DNA from: Calditrichota bacterium
Lineage (GTDB): Bacteria; Calditrichota; Calditrichia; RBG-13-44-9; J042
Length of the DNA: 49,533 nucleotides
Direction of reading: 5' to 3'
Assembly: GCA_003696445.1 (NCBI GenBank)
Contig: RFHE01000038.1
Location: forward strand, 1-49,533
In this document: piece by piece, positions 28,848-37,786 of the stretch
Position numbering within the stretch: the first letter of the stretch is position 1
Layout: the number at the start of each line of letters is the position of its first letter
Notes under the pieces: generated by a model
Seen by the model: the letters and a program-made list of their open reading frames with translations, nothing else
What the model was told of the DNA's origin: nothing
The model's database searches: none
Program-made: the position numbers and the translations under genes

Positions 28848-29696
28848 ATGGCAAGAGGTTCGGTTAGCAGAGCAAGTCAATCGCTGGACAAGTATCTCCA
28901 GGAAATTGGAGAGGTACCCCTGCTTACACCGCAGGAGGAGATCGAGCTGGCCCAGCGCATCAAGCAGGGCGATCAGGAAGCGCTGGAAAAACTCACCAAG
29001 GCCAATTTGCGGTTTGTGGTGAGCGTGGCCAAACAATACCAGAATCAGGGTCTGTCCCTGGGCGACCTGATTAACGAGGGCAATTTGGGCCTGATCAAGG
29101 CTGCCAAGCGTTTCGATGAAACCCGGGGATTCAAGTTTATTTCCTATGCTGTCTGGTGGATTCGCCAGTCCATTCTGCAGGCCCTGGCCGAGCAGTCCCG
29201 GGTGGTTCGGTTGCCTTTAAATCGGGTTGGCGCGCTGAACAAAATCGGCAAGGCTTACGCGGCTCTGGAGCAGGAATTTGAGCGGGAGCCCAGCGCCAGC
29301 GAGATTGCCGAGCAGCTCAACATGACCGATTACGAGGTGGCCGATACGCTCAAAATCAGCGGTCGTCATCTGTCCATGGATGCGCCGTTCAGCAACAGCG
29401 AGGACAATCGCCTGCTGGACGTCATTCAAAATGACCATCAGCCGCCACCCGATTCGGACTTGATGAACGAATCGCTGAAAGTGGAAATTGAGCGGGCTCT
29501 GGCCACCCTAACCAAGCGCGAGGCAGAAGTGGTTCGCCTCTATTTCGGGCTGGGTCAAGAGCATCCACTGACCCTGGAGGAGATCGGCGAGCGCTTTAAT
29601 CTGACCCGGGAACGGGTGCGGCAGATCAAGGAAAAGGCCATTCGCCGGCTTCGTCATGCCTCTCGCAGCCGCGCGCTGAGGGCCTTTCTGGGGTAA
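28848..29696 (+). CDS. rpoD: Primary-type RNA polymerase sigma factor, compact form lacking region 1.1
   Basis: Regions 1.2-4.2 are present: [89 protein letters not shown]. The 282 aa length matches Bacteroidetes-type sigma A. Confidence 0.88.
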   Translation: MARGSVSRASQSLDKYLQEIGEVPLLTPQEEIELAQRIKQGDQEALEKLTKANLRFVVSVAKQYQNQGLSLGDLINEGNLGLIKAAKRFDETRGFKFISYAVWWIRQSILQALAEQSRVVRLPLNRVGALNKIGKAYAALEQEFEREPSASEIAEQLNMTDYEVADTLKISGRHLSMDAPFSNSEDNRLLDVIQNDHQPPPDSDLMNESLKVEIERALATLTKREAEVVRLYFGLGQEHPLTLEEIGERFNLTRERVRQIKEKAIRRLRHASRSRALRAFLG

Positions 29697-29731
29697 TGTG
29701 AACCCGATTCCCATCTTGTTTGAATAAAAAC

Positions 29732-29762
29732 AAAAAACCCGATCGAAAGATCGGGTTTTTTG
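29732..29762. terminator. Bidirectional rho-independent terminator
   Basis: AAAAAA-CCCGATC-GAAA-GATCGGG-TTTTTT lies 36 nt after the rpoD stop. The flanking A-run and T-run allow function on both strands. Confidence 0.85.
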
Positions 29763-29788
29763 TTGGAGAGAGGTGAACGCAATTCGGC

Positions 29789-29873
29789 GAGGACCAACCT
29801 CAACCCCCGGCCCCAACTGTCTGGAGGAGGGTCAATTACCGTCCGTGGCTGAGGTTGAATCCTCTACTTTTTT
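29789..29873 (+). ncRNA. Candidate structured RNA element / second terminator-like long hairpin
   Basis: GAGGA-c-CAACCTCA (29789-29802) pairs with TGAGGTTG-aa-TCCTC (29850-29864). That gives 13 bp around a 47-nt GC-rich interior, followed by TAC-TTTTTT (29868-29873). The region is intergenic with no credible ORF. Confidence 0.3.
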
Positions 29874-29970
29874 CAATGATCTTGAAATAAAAATATTCGG
29901 CAACAACCAGAGCACTGTGAGGCAAATCACCGTTTTGCGGAGAAATCGCTGGAACTGTTTTTTCCTCTGG

Positions 29971-30822
29971 TTAATGGACGGTCACAAATTCCAGGGTTAA
30001 TCGGTCGCCAACGTAACAGTGCAGGACCCTTTCGGGGAATATTTTGGCCAGGTGAATGGCCGCCCGCGCTCCTGTACAGTTCAAGGGCACAATGTACTGT
30101 GGCGAAAGCTTTTGTAGTTCCAGGGCAATTCGATGAATTTTTTCCTGAGAAGCATTGAGCAGATGAAACCCGCCCATCACGGCGTAAATGCGTTCTTCGC
30201 CGGTCAGGCGAATGGCATGCTTTAAGGTGTTGATAACCCCGCTGTGCCCACAACCCAGAAGCACAATCAATCCCTTGCTGGTTTTGAGAATCAGAGCCAT
30301 GTCATCGTGCAGGGGATCGGTAATGTAACTTTCCTGAATTCGTTCCTGATAAACCTCGTCTGGCTTTTCGTACGTGGTAACGCGTGGAATTTCACCGCTG
30401 GAAAGCACATTCTCCGATAGTGCATGCGGTTTGCCGGTCAGAACAAACTGTGCTCCCAGTTCCTCCAATTCTTCGTGCGTGTAAGGAATCCCAATGTCCA
30501 AGCGCTCCCCATTGATGAGTTGAAACTTGGGGATGAAGATGTTGGGATGGGCGACCACGGTGGTGCCGCCATAAGTCTTCAAATAGTGATACAGCCCGCC
30601 GGTATGGTCATCGTGCCCATGGCTGAGGAAAATGGCTTTTACCGCGGCAAGGTCGATTCCCATCTGCACGGCGTTGTAAATAAAGGCTCGCTTCTGGCCG
30701 GTGTCAAACAAAAAATCCCCTTCCGGGGTGGCCACGTGAATACACAATCCATTTTCAACAAGATATCGTTCTTCGTAGGTCCGATTGGTCACCAGTATGG
30801 TTAGGGTAACTTCCTGTAGCAC
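29971..30822 (-). CDS. MBL-fold metallo-hydrolase (COG1237-like)
   Basis: HGHDDHTGG motif plus downstream His/Asp ligands (GCGHSG). The GTG start is preceded by AAAGGAGG. Confidence 0.85.
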   Translation of the reverse strand: MLQEVTLTILVTNRTYEERYLVENGLCIHVATPEGDFLFDTGQKRAFIYNAVQMGIDLAAVKAIFLSHGHDDHTGGLYHYLKTYGGTTVVAHPNIFIPKFQLINGERLDIGIPYTHEELEELGAQFVLTGKPHALSENVLSSGEIPRVTTYEKPDEVYQERIQESYITDPLHDDMALILKTSKGLIVLLGCGHSGVINTLKHAIRLTGEERIYAVMGGFHLLNASQEKIHRIALELQKLSPQYIVPLNCTGARAAIHLAKIFPERVLHCYVGDRLTLEFVTVH

Positions 30823-30864
30823 GGCCTTGGCCTCCTTTTGCTTTAGGGTTGGCGCTCCAGCTCA

Positions 30865-30890
30865 AACTCCTTTAAAAAAATAGCGGTTCC
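30865..30890 (-). promoter_or_regulatory. Candidate ECF-type promoter (GGAAC-N18-GTT) facing the MBL hydrolase gene
   Basis: The minus strand reads GGGAACcgctatttttttaaaggaGTT. GGAAC corresponds to 30890-30886 and GTT to 30867-30865, ~43 nt upstream of the GTG at 30822. Confidence 0.4.
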
Positions 30891-30961
30891 CGTTCTTCTG
30901 GGCAATGATTAATTTTTGCACCAGGAAAAAACCGGGCCGGAAGCCGTCGATGCCTCCTGCC

Positions 30962-30987
30962 GGAACTTTTCCCATCGGGTGTGGGTT
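30962..30987 (+). promoter_or_regulatory. Candidate ECF-type promoter (GGAAC-N18-GTT) facing the beta-CASP gene
   Basis: CGGAACTTttcccatcgggtgtggGTT, with GGAAC at 30962-30966 and GTT at 30985-30987, ~40 nt upstream of the ATG at 31027. It shares GGAACTT and an internal TCGG with the site at 9145. Confidence 0.4.
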
Positions 30988-31026
30988 TTTTCCTGTTGAC
31001 CTTAGACTGAACGAGTCCCTGCAATC

Positions 31027-32403
31027 ATGTCCAGCGATCCCATTCGGTATTGTTCTGTCGGCGAGGTTTCACGTATCGGCGCAAGCGCCCATTATCTGCG
31101 GCTGGGGCCTTACGGTTTTTTATTGGATGCCGGCTTGGATCCGCAGGCGGAAGCCGAGTTTAGTGTGCCCGATTACGAGCGAATCAAAAACGAGCCGGTC
31201 CATGCCATCCTCATCACCCATGCCCATCTGGACCACATCGGCAGTTTACCGGTAGCCATTCGGTATTTCCCTCGGGCCAGGGTGTACATGACGCCGGCCA
31301 CCGCCGACCTGACCGAGCACATGCTCCGCCACCATCTGTACGTCTCCGAGAAGAAGGCCAGGGAGCGACGCATCAAGTTCGAGCCGCTTTACACGGACAC
31401 TTACCTGGAGTCCATTCGCTATCTGTATCAGAGCTTCGATTACGGGGTTCCGTTTCCACTGCATGGCAGCGGGGACAAGCAGCTTCGTTTTACCTTTTAC
31501 GATGCCGGTCACATTCTGGGATCGGCCGGTGTCCTTATTGAATGGCGAGGCCGGCGTTTTTTTTACACCGGCAATACCCGCCGTTCGGCCCAGTTTCTGT
31601 TGCGCGGCGGCAAGTACCCCCGGCAGGTGGATGTGCTGATTACCGAAGCCACCTACGGCGCGGACGAGGCGGCGGAAAAAACCAGCATGCGAAAGGAGGT
31701 GGCCCGCTTTGCCCGCCTGGTGGCCGAACGGCTGCGCTTTGGAGGGATTGTGCTGATTCCCGTCTTTGCCCTGGGCCGAACCCAGGAGATGCTGACCTTG
31801 CTGCAAAGGCTGCGCATGCAGGATCGGCTGCCGGCCGTGCCCATTTACCTGACCGGCTTCGGCCTGCAGATCAATCGCATTTACGACCGGTTGCTGCACA
31901 AAATTTACCCCCAGTACAATCACGGCACGCTGCGGAGCATGTTGTTCGGCCGGCTTAAGCCCGGCCAGCGGATCCAGGGCCCGGCGGTGCTGCTGTCCAC
32001 CTCGGGGATGATGATCCCCGGTTCGCCTTCCTACGGCTTCGCCCGCGAACTGGCCGCAGAGGCCCGGAATGGTATTTTCTTTGTGGGCTATGCCGATCCG
32101 GAAACGCCGGGGGGCCTGTTTCAACAGGGGCATCTGGACCGGCTGAAATCGATGCTCGGCCTGGAAAAAATTGCTGCCCGGATCGAACGGTTTTACTTCT
32201 CCGCCCATTCCCACCGCCGGGAATTGCTGCAAATGATTGCCGGCATGAAGCCCTCGCAAATCCTGTTAACTCACGGCGAGCCGCAAGCCCTGCACTGGAT
32301 GGAGCAGGCCATTCGCCGCCAGATGGAAGAGGCCGACGTCTTTATTCCCCGGAAGGGCCGGTGGTATGAACTGCTCAACGGGCCGATCGGGACAACTCGG
32401 TGA
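31027..32403 (+). CDS. MBL-fold beta-CASP family nuclease (CPSF73/RNase J/Artemis-like)
   Basis: HAHLDHIGSLP, DAGHILGS, TEATYG, beta-CASP motif A (IPVFALGRTQE), motif B (FSAHS), motif C (LLTHGE). Confidence 0.85.
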   Translation: MSSDPIRYCSVGEVSRIGASAHYLRLGPYGFLLDAGLDPQAEAEFSVPDYERIKNEPVHAILITHAHLDHIGSLPVAIRYFPRARVYMTPATADLTEHMLRHHLYVSEKKARERRIKFEPLYTDTYLESIRYLYQSFDYGVPFPLHGSGDKQLRFTFYDAGHILGSAGVLIEWRGRRFFYTGNTRRSAQFLLRGGKYPRQVDVLITEATYGADEAAEKTSMRKEVARFARLVAERLRFGGIVLIPVFALGRTQEMLTLLQRLRMQDRLPAVPIYLTGFGLQINRIYDRLLHKIYPQYNHGTLRSMLFGRLKPGQRIQGPAVLLSTSGMMIPGSPSYGFARELAAEARNGIFFVGYADPETPGGLFQQGHLDRLKSMLGLEKIAARIERFYFSAHSHRRELLQMIAGMKPSQILLTHGEPQALHWMEQAIRRQMEEADVFIPRKGRWYELLNGPIGTTR

Positions 32404-32409
32404 ATGGGA

Positions 32410-33927
32410 TTACCGAACCAGGAGCATTTTTCCGCTGGCCCGGGCCTGATCGGCGGTTAATCGGTAAATGTAGATGCCCGAAGCCACCGGCCGGCCATCC
32501 TGACCGGTGCCGTCCCATTGCAGGCGATAGGTTCCCGGCCCCCGCCGGCCTTCCAGCAACCGCCTGACCCGTTCTCCCTGCGCATCAAACACATCCAGGG
32601 TAACCCGCGCGCTGCGGCTCAAGCGGAAGGTAATGTTGGTTATTGGATTAAACGGGTTGGGGTAGTTGGGAAACAACAGAAAGCCCTCGGGCGCGGAGGC
32701 AGGTTGGGTGGGTGTGGGGAGCGCCGTGGGGAGCGCCGGGAAGAAGAATTCCAGCGCATCGTCGATGTGGGCCCGCCAGTTGCCCCAGCTATGCCCCTCG
32801 TGGAATTCCTGGTAGCGAAGCGCGTAATTTTTGCTCTGCAGAATGCCGACCAGATTGCGCACCAGCGGGATGAGCACGGGAATGTCGTAGGTGCCCAGAT
32901 CCAGATAGATGCGCAGATCCAACTGCGGTTTGTTTTGAAATCCGGAGGAGACGGAGGCAATCACATTGCTGGACTGGGCGGCCACATTGCCGAACACTTC
33001 CGGGTGGGTAAGTGCCAGCCAGAGGGAAATGTTCCCGCCGTTGGAGGCACCCATCACCGCCCGGCGATCGGGATCGGTTTCCGTGCGAAAGCGCCCGTCC
33101 ACCCAGGGCATCAGCTCCTGAACGATGAAGCTGGTAAAGGCTCCCATCAAACTGCCGGCGTATTCCTGATTCCGGTTGACCGGCGGCACAAATACGGCCA
33201 TGATGGGCTCAATCCGCTGATGGAAAATCAGATAATCCAGAATGTTGTTGGCGGCGGCCAGATTAATGTAATCCAGACCGTCGTGTACCAGCAGCACCGG
33301 GTAGCGCCGCGTAGTGGTGGCATAGCCGGGTGGCAGGTAAACGCGCACCAGTCGTGAATTCCCCAGGTGGGTACTGAAAAAGACGGTGTCCTTGAACGTC
33401 CCGTGGGGAATGCCGGGCTGAAAATTGACCTCGGGAGGTGGCACGTACTCGGGCATCCGCAACTCGGAATTGGGGCCAAAGCCGCCCAGCACCTGATGGG
33501 GATTGCGTGGATCCAGGATCCAGTTGTTGCCGTTGAGGACGAATTTGTAATCCAGCCGGGCATCGTCCTCAAACGTGGTGGTCCGATACCAGAAATTGGT
33601 GCCGAACAGATTGGTCATGGGCCAGGCGCTGGCATTCCAGCCATTAAAGTCTCCCGGCACGGAAACGCTGGTGGCGGCTCCCCGGTAGATGAAGTGGACC
33701 AGCGAATCTCCCTCGATGAAGGGAAAGGCGGGAACCGTAGCCATAAAACTATCCACAACCGCCCCGCGCTGGTCGGGAGGGAGACTGTTCACCCGGTTAA
33801 GAAAGGCCTGAAAGTCCTGCCCCAGCACCGATCCCCAGACTGTTGCCAGCAACAACAATAGCCAGGGCCGTATTTGCGGCAGCGAACCCCGGTTCTTTTC
33901 CCTGAACCTTTCTGAAACGCCTTTCAT
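32410..33927 (-). CDS. Secreted esterase (esterase D/enterochelin-esterase-like alpha/beta hydrolase) with N-terminal E-set/CBM48-like domain and T9SS CTD
   Basis: Signal peptide, GDFNGWN...W beta-sandwich region, VLLVHDG, GASNGG nucleophile elbow, and a C-terminal YPNPFNPITNITF...SGIYIYRL...KMLLVR. I prefer the ATG at 33927 to the TTG at 33936. Confidence 0.82.
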   Translation of the reverse strand: MKGVSERFREKNRGSLPQIRPWLLLLLATVWGSVLGQDFQAFLNRVNSLPPDQRGAVVDSFMATVPAFPFIEGDSLVHFIYRGAATSVSVPGDFNGWNASAWPMTNLFGTNFWYRTTTFEDDARLDYKFVLNGNNWILDPRNPHQVLGGFGPNSELRMPEYVPPPEVNFQPGIPHGTFKDTVFFSTHLGNSRLVRVYLPPGYATTTRRYPVLLVHDGLDYINLAAANNILDYLIFHQRIEPIMAVFVPPVNRNQEYAGSLMGAFTSFIVQELMPWVDGRFRTETDPDRRAVMGASNGGNISLWLALTHPEVFGNVAAQSSNVIASVSSGFQNKPQLDLRIYLDLGTYDIPVLIPLVRNLVGILQSKNYALRYQEFHEGHSWGNWRAHIDDALEFFFPALPTALPTPTQPASAPEGFLLFPNYPNPFNPITNITFRLSRSARVTLDVFDAQGERVRRLLEGRRGPGTYRLQWDGTGQDGRPVASGIYIYRLTADQARASGKMLLVR

Positions 33928-33932
33928 GCGGT

Positions 33933-34793
33933 TCAACCCTGCTTCTTTTTGGGATGCATGGCCTGAAAAATGGCCTTCAGCTGTTCCCGGGGCATCAGCT
34001 GGGTCAGGAAGTTAAACTGCCCGCCCTGCAGATGTTCGGCTCCGTCGATCACCACCACATCCCCGCTGATGTAGGCAGCCATATCGGAAAGCAGGAAGGC
34101 AGCCAGATTGGCCAGTTCCTCCGGGTTGCCAAACCGGTGCATGGGATGGCGCTTCAGGTACATCTGCTCCACATCTTTACTGGGCATCAGCCGTTGCCAG
34201 GCCCCTTTGGTGGGAAATGGCCCGGGAGCAATGCCGTTCACCCGAATGCCGTATTCGGCCCATTCGTAAGCCAGGGTTTTGGTCATGGCTTCCACGCCGG
34301 CCTTGGCACAGGCCGAGGGCAGCACAAAGGCCGATCCGGTCTGGGTGTAGGTGGTCACAATGTTCAGAATGCTGCCAGGTTTTTTGTGCTCAATCAGATA
34401 CTTGCCCAGTTGCTGGGTGCAATTAAAGGTACCCTGCAGCACAATGTCCACCACGGCCCGGAAGCCACCCGGGGTTAAATCCTCCGAGGCACAATAAAAA
34501 TTGCCCGCGGCATTGTTGACCAGGCCGTTAATTTCTCCCAGTTCTTCCCTCAGCTTCTGGTACATGGCGGTTACGGCATCGTAGTCCCGCACGTCGCACA
34601 CCGCATAGGCCACCGGATTGCCGGCAGCGCCGATTTCGGCAACCGCCTTTTTCAGCTTCTCCTCATTGCGGCCGCAGATGGCCACCGCTGCCCCCAGTTC
34701 GGCAAACCGCCGGGCCATGGCCAGGCCAAGCCCACTGCCGCCACCGGTCACCAGAATGCCTTTGCCTTTTAACAGATCCTTGTTGAACATCAT
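33933..34793 (-). CDS. SDR family oxidoreductase (2,4-dienoyl-CoA reductase-like)
   Basis: VTGGGSGLGLA Rossmann motif, NNAAGNF, and an S...K-type active-site region (catalytic residues assigned by pattern only). The ATG at 34793 follows AAAGAGGA. Confidence 0.82.
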   Translation of the reverse strand: MMFNKDLLKGKGILVTGGGSGLGLAMARRFAELGAAVAICGRNEEKLKKAVAEIGAAGNPVAYAVCDVRDYDAVTAMYQKLREELGEINGLVNNAAGNFYCASEDLTPGGFRAVVDIVLQGTFNCTQQLGKYLIEHKKPGSILNIVTTYTQTGSAFVLPSACAKAGVEAMTKTLAYEWAEYGIRVNGIAPGPFPTKGAWQRLMPSKDVEQMYLKRHPMHRFGNPEELANLAAFLLSDMAAYISGDVVVIDGAEHLQGGQFNFLTQLMPREQLKAIFQAMHPKKKQG

Positions 34794-34944
34794 GTATCCT
34801 CTTTTTGGTGTGTGTTGTTTCACCGGGTTAAACCACTTTCGGCCAGGGTGCACCGGCCTCTCCTGCTTTGTGCTTCAAAGCGCGGCCTTTTCTTACCGTA
34901 TCCCGGAGTTGGGCCTCGCCTGTGCGGCCTCAGGACTGGCCGAG

Positions 34945-36405
34945 TCAGGCAATTTCCGCCAGCAGCGTGGTGAGGAATTTCCAGAATTTTTCTACTGTGG
35001 AAATCTGCACCTTTTCGTCCGGGGAATGCGCGCCGCTGATGGTGGGCCCAAAGGAGATCATGTCCATTCCCGGGAACTTATCCCCGATGATCCCGCATTC
35101 CAGACCGGCGTGAATGGCCTTGACCTCCGGCGCTGTACCAAACAGGTCCTGGTACACTTTTTCGGCCCGTTTGAGCAGGGGAGAATCGGGATTAGGCTGC
35201 CAAGCAGGGTAGCCGTTGCCCTGCTGAATTTCGGCCATGGCTAGTTCGCCGGTGGCGCACACCTGATCCACAATTTCGTCCAGCTCGCTCTGGACCGAAC
35301 TGCGCTGGCTGGTGACGATGCGAATGGCAGAGCCCTCTGTGTGCACCACGGCCAGGTTGGTGGAAGTTTCCACCAGGCCGGGTACGGCATGGCTCATGGC
35401 GATAACCCCGTGGGGGAGAGCAAAAAGTAGGTTAACCGTTCTTTTTTGCAGTTCAGGGGTCAATACATCAGAAGGGGCTTCGAACCCGGTTTCGGCCACC
35501 TCCAAAAACACTCCGGGATCGATCAGCCGGTATTCATTTTTGAAAATCCGGCTGTAAGCTTCGGCGGCGGCTTTCAGCTTGTCCATCTGATCGGATGGCA
35601 GATACACCACAGCATCGCATTCCCGGGGGATGGCGTTGTGTTTGCTTCCTCCGTCGATGCTGGCCACGCGCAGATTCAGTTGGGGTGCCTGCTTCCACAG
35701 AAAGCGCGCCAACAGTTTGATGGCATTGCCCCGCCCTTCGTGAATGTTTAGGCCGGAGTGGCCGCCCTGCAGTCCGCCCACCCGAATTCGTACCGCCTTC
35801 ATCCCGGCCGGCGCCGTTTCGGTATCCAGAGCCAGCAACAGCTCGGTATCCCGGCCACCCGCACAACCGATGTAAATGGCCCCATCTTCCTCCGAATCCA
35901 GGTTGAGCAGCATGCGTCCCTCCAGAAGATTGGGGTCTAACATGGTGGCACCGGTCAGCCCGGTCTCTTCATCAATGGTAAACAGGCACTCCAGCGGGCC
36001 ATGCTTCAGGGATGTACTCTCCAGCACCGCCAGTGCCGCCGCCACGCCAATGCCGTTATCTGCACCCAGCGTGGTGCCTTCAGCGGTTAACCAGTCCCCC
36101 TCGCGCTTCAGGCGAATCGGATCCCGGGAAAAATCGTGCTCGGTGTCCTTGTTCTTTTCGCAGACCATATCCAGGTGGCTTTGCAGCACCACCGTGGGCC
36201 GATTTTCCATACCCGGGGTGGCCGGCTTCTTCACCACCACATTTCCTGCCGAATCTGTTCGGTATTCCAGATTATTCCTCTGCGCCACTTCAATGACGTA
36301 TGCTCGGGCCTTCTCCTCGTGTTTGGAACAGCGTGGAATCTGGCTGAGCTGGTAAAAGTGCTCCCAGAGCAGTGCAGGCTCCAGGCCGGCAATGGCTTCT
36401 TTCAT
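34945..36405 (-). CDS. pepD: Aminoacyl-histidine dipeptidase (M20C, PepD)
   Basis: LEPALLWEHFYQLSQIPRCSKHEE N-terminus, HLDMV, GADNGIG, DEETG, 486 aa. Confidence 0.9.
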   Translation of the reverse strand: MKEAIAGLEPALLWEHFYQLSQIPRCSKHEEKARAYVIEVAQRNNLEYRTDSAGNVVVKKPATPGMENRPTVVLQSHLDMVCEKNKDTEHDFSRDPIRLKREGDWLTAEGTTLGADNGIGVAAALAVLESTSLKHGPLECLFTIDEETGLTGATMLDPNLLEGRMLLNLDSEEDGAIYIGCAGGRDTELLLALDTETAPAGMKAVRIRVGGLQGGHSGLNIHEGRGNAIKLLARFLWKQAPQLNLRVASIDGGSKHNAIPRECDAVVYLPSDQMDKLKAAAEAYSRIFKNEYRLIDPGVFLEVAETGFEAPSDVLTPELQKRTVNLLFALPHGVIAMSHAVPGLVETSTNLAVVHTEGSAIRIVTSQRSSVQSELDEIVDQVCATGELAMAEIQQGNGYPAWQPNPDSPLLKRAEKVYQDLFGTAPEVKAIHAGLECGIIGDKFPGMDMISFGPTISGAHSPDEKVQISTVEKFWKFLTTLLAEIA

Positions 36406-36558
36406 GATCAGGTCTCCTCACAATGGGTGTTGGTTTAGCTCTACGGTGCAAAGAGAAATTAAATCCACTGCCAGGCAACTTTGCAAGCCCTTTTCTGAGA
36501 AGATGGCCCGGCAGCCTGAGCCGGTGTATTCCAGCGCAGGAAAAGCAGGGAATACCGC

Positions 36559-37773
36559 TCAGCCAACTTTTTTCCGCAGGCCAAGGTAAGTAGCAGGAGA
36601 GAGTAGCGCCCTGCGGGCCAGGGGATGGGTGCTCATTTCCTCGAGCAGGGTTTGAGGAATGCGGTTGGAGGTCAGCCGGCGAACGATCCAGTTGAGTAGG
36701 ACCGGATATTTGCCCAGCCGCTGCAGGCGATAGGCCAGCCGAAACTCCGATCGCAACTGCTGCCACAGTTGCTGGTCATACCGGTTCAGGAACTGGCGGT
36801 CGGTGCGTCCGGCTTCCAGAGCCTGGCGGGCCACCCGGGCAGCCAGCTTTCCGGACAGCATGGCATTCCCGATGCCCCCGCCGGTGAAAGGGTCCACCAG
36901 CGCCGCGGCATCGCCCACCAGCAACAGATGGTCGGCCGACAGGGGGCGCCGGAAATCCGGCGTCGGCAGGTGCCAGCCCTGAATGGGGGAAACCGCCCGG
37001 GCCGGGGGCACTCCGGGGGACGTTTCCAGCTCGGCAAAGGCCCGCTGGTGAAGGCGGCGCAATGAACCACCCGGGCCTTTTACCCGCCGGTAAAGGGTAC
37101 CCACCCCGGCATTGACCCGGCCATCGGGCAGGGGAAACCACCATCGGTAGCCTGGCAACAGGGGCGGCCAGAAGTGCGCTTCCAGCACCGCGGATTGGTG
37201 AAGGGGCTGAACGTACTGCCGGGTGGCCACCAGCCGAAAGCGGGAGGGCGGGAGGCCGGCCTTCCGGGCCAGCTGGGAATGGGCCCCGTCTGCGGCCACG
37301 ACCAGTGGGACAACCAGCACTTCTTCCTTCCCTGAACGATGGCGGACCTGCAGGCCGACCCTCTGGTCGTCCCGGGGTAGCAATCCCCGAGCGGTTACGC
37401 CGGTGTAGCAGTTGACCTGCTCTGCTGCCGCCCGAAAAAGTACCTGATCGAATTGCAGGCGCGGGCACATGAACCCGTTGAGGTAGGGCGGTGAGCAGGG
37501 TGGCAGTTGGAGGTGGAGGGGGATGCCGGCCGGGGAGACCAATCGCGCTTCCCGAAGCGGCAGGATGCCCAGCGCTTCCAGAGGCTCGGTGAGCCCCAGC
37601 TCCTGGAGAATGGGCCAGGCCCGCCCGGGAATTACATCGCCGCATACCTTGTCCCGGGGAAAGGACTTTTTGTCGATCAGCAAAACCCGCAGGCCCTGGC
37701 GGTGGGCATACAAGGCCGTGGTTGTGCCGGCCGGGCCTGCCCCCACGACAATCAGATCGTAAGATGATTTCAT
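36559..37773 (-). CDS. Geranylgeranyl reductase family FAD-dependent oxidoreductase (GC-rich paralog)
   Basis: YDLIVVGAGPAGTTTA...LLIDKKSFPRDKVCGD, LLVGDAAALVDPFTGGGIGNAM. Confidence 0.85.
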   Translation of the reverse strand: MKSSYDLIVVGAGPAGTTTALYAHRQGLRVLLIDKKSFPRDKVCGDVIPGRAWPILQELGLTEPLEALGILPLREARLVSPAGIPLHLQLPPCSPPYLNGFMCPRLQFDQVLFRAAAEQVNCYTGVTARGLLPRDDQRVGLQVRHRSGKEEVLVVPLVVAADGAHSQLARKAGLPPSRFRLVATRQYVQPLHQSAVLEAHFWPPLLPGYRWWFPLPDGRVNAGVGTLYRRVKGPGGSLRRLHQRAFAELETSPGVPPARAVSPIQGWHLPTPDFRRPLSADHLLLVGDAAALVDPFTGGGIGNAMLSGKLAARVARQALEAGRTDRQFLNRYDQQLWQQLRSEFRLAYRLQRLGKYPVLLNWIVRRLTSNRIPQTLLEEMSTHPLARRALLSPATYLGLRKKVG

Positions 37774-37786
37774 TTAATATTGCGGG

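Noticed and set aside
29789-29873. tRNA or SRP RNA identity for the long hairpin (GGTTGAATCC resembles a T-loop)
   Set aside because: No acceptor stem partner exists for the 3' end, and there is no D-arm or anticodon arm. There is no GGAA-tetraloop domain IV motif (GGUCC-GGAA-GGAAGCAGCC) on either strand.
35066-35072. Third GGAACTT heptamer, inside pepD on the antisense strand
   Set aside because: No GTT follows 16-18 nt downstream, it lies within coding sequence, and it faces no gene start.
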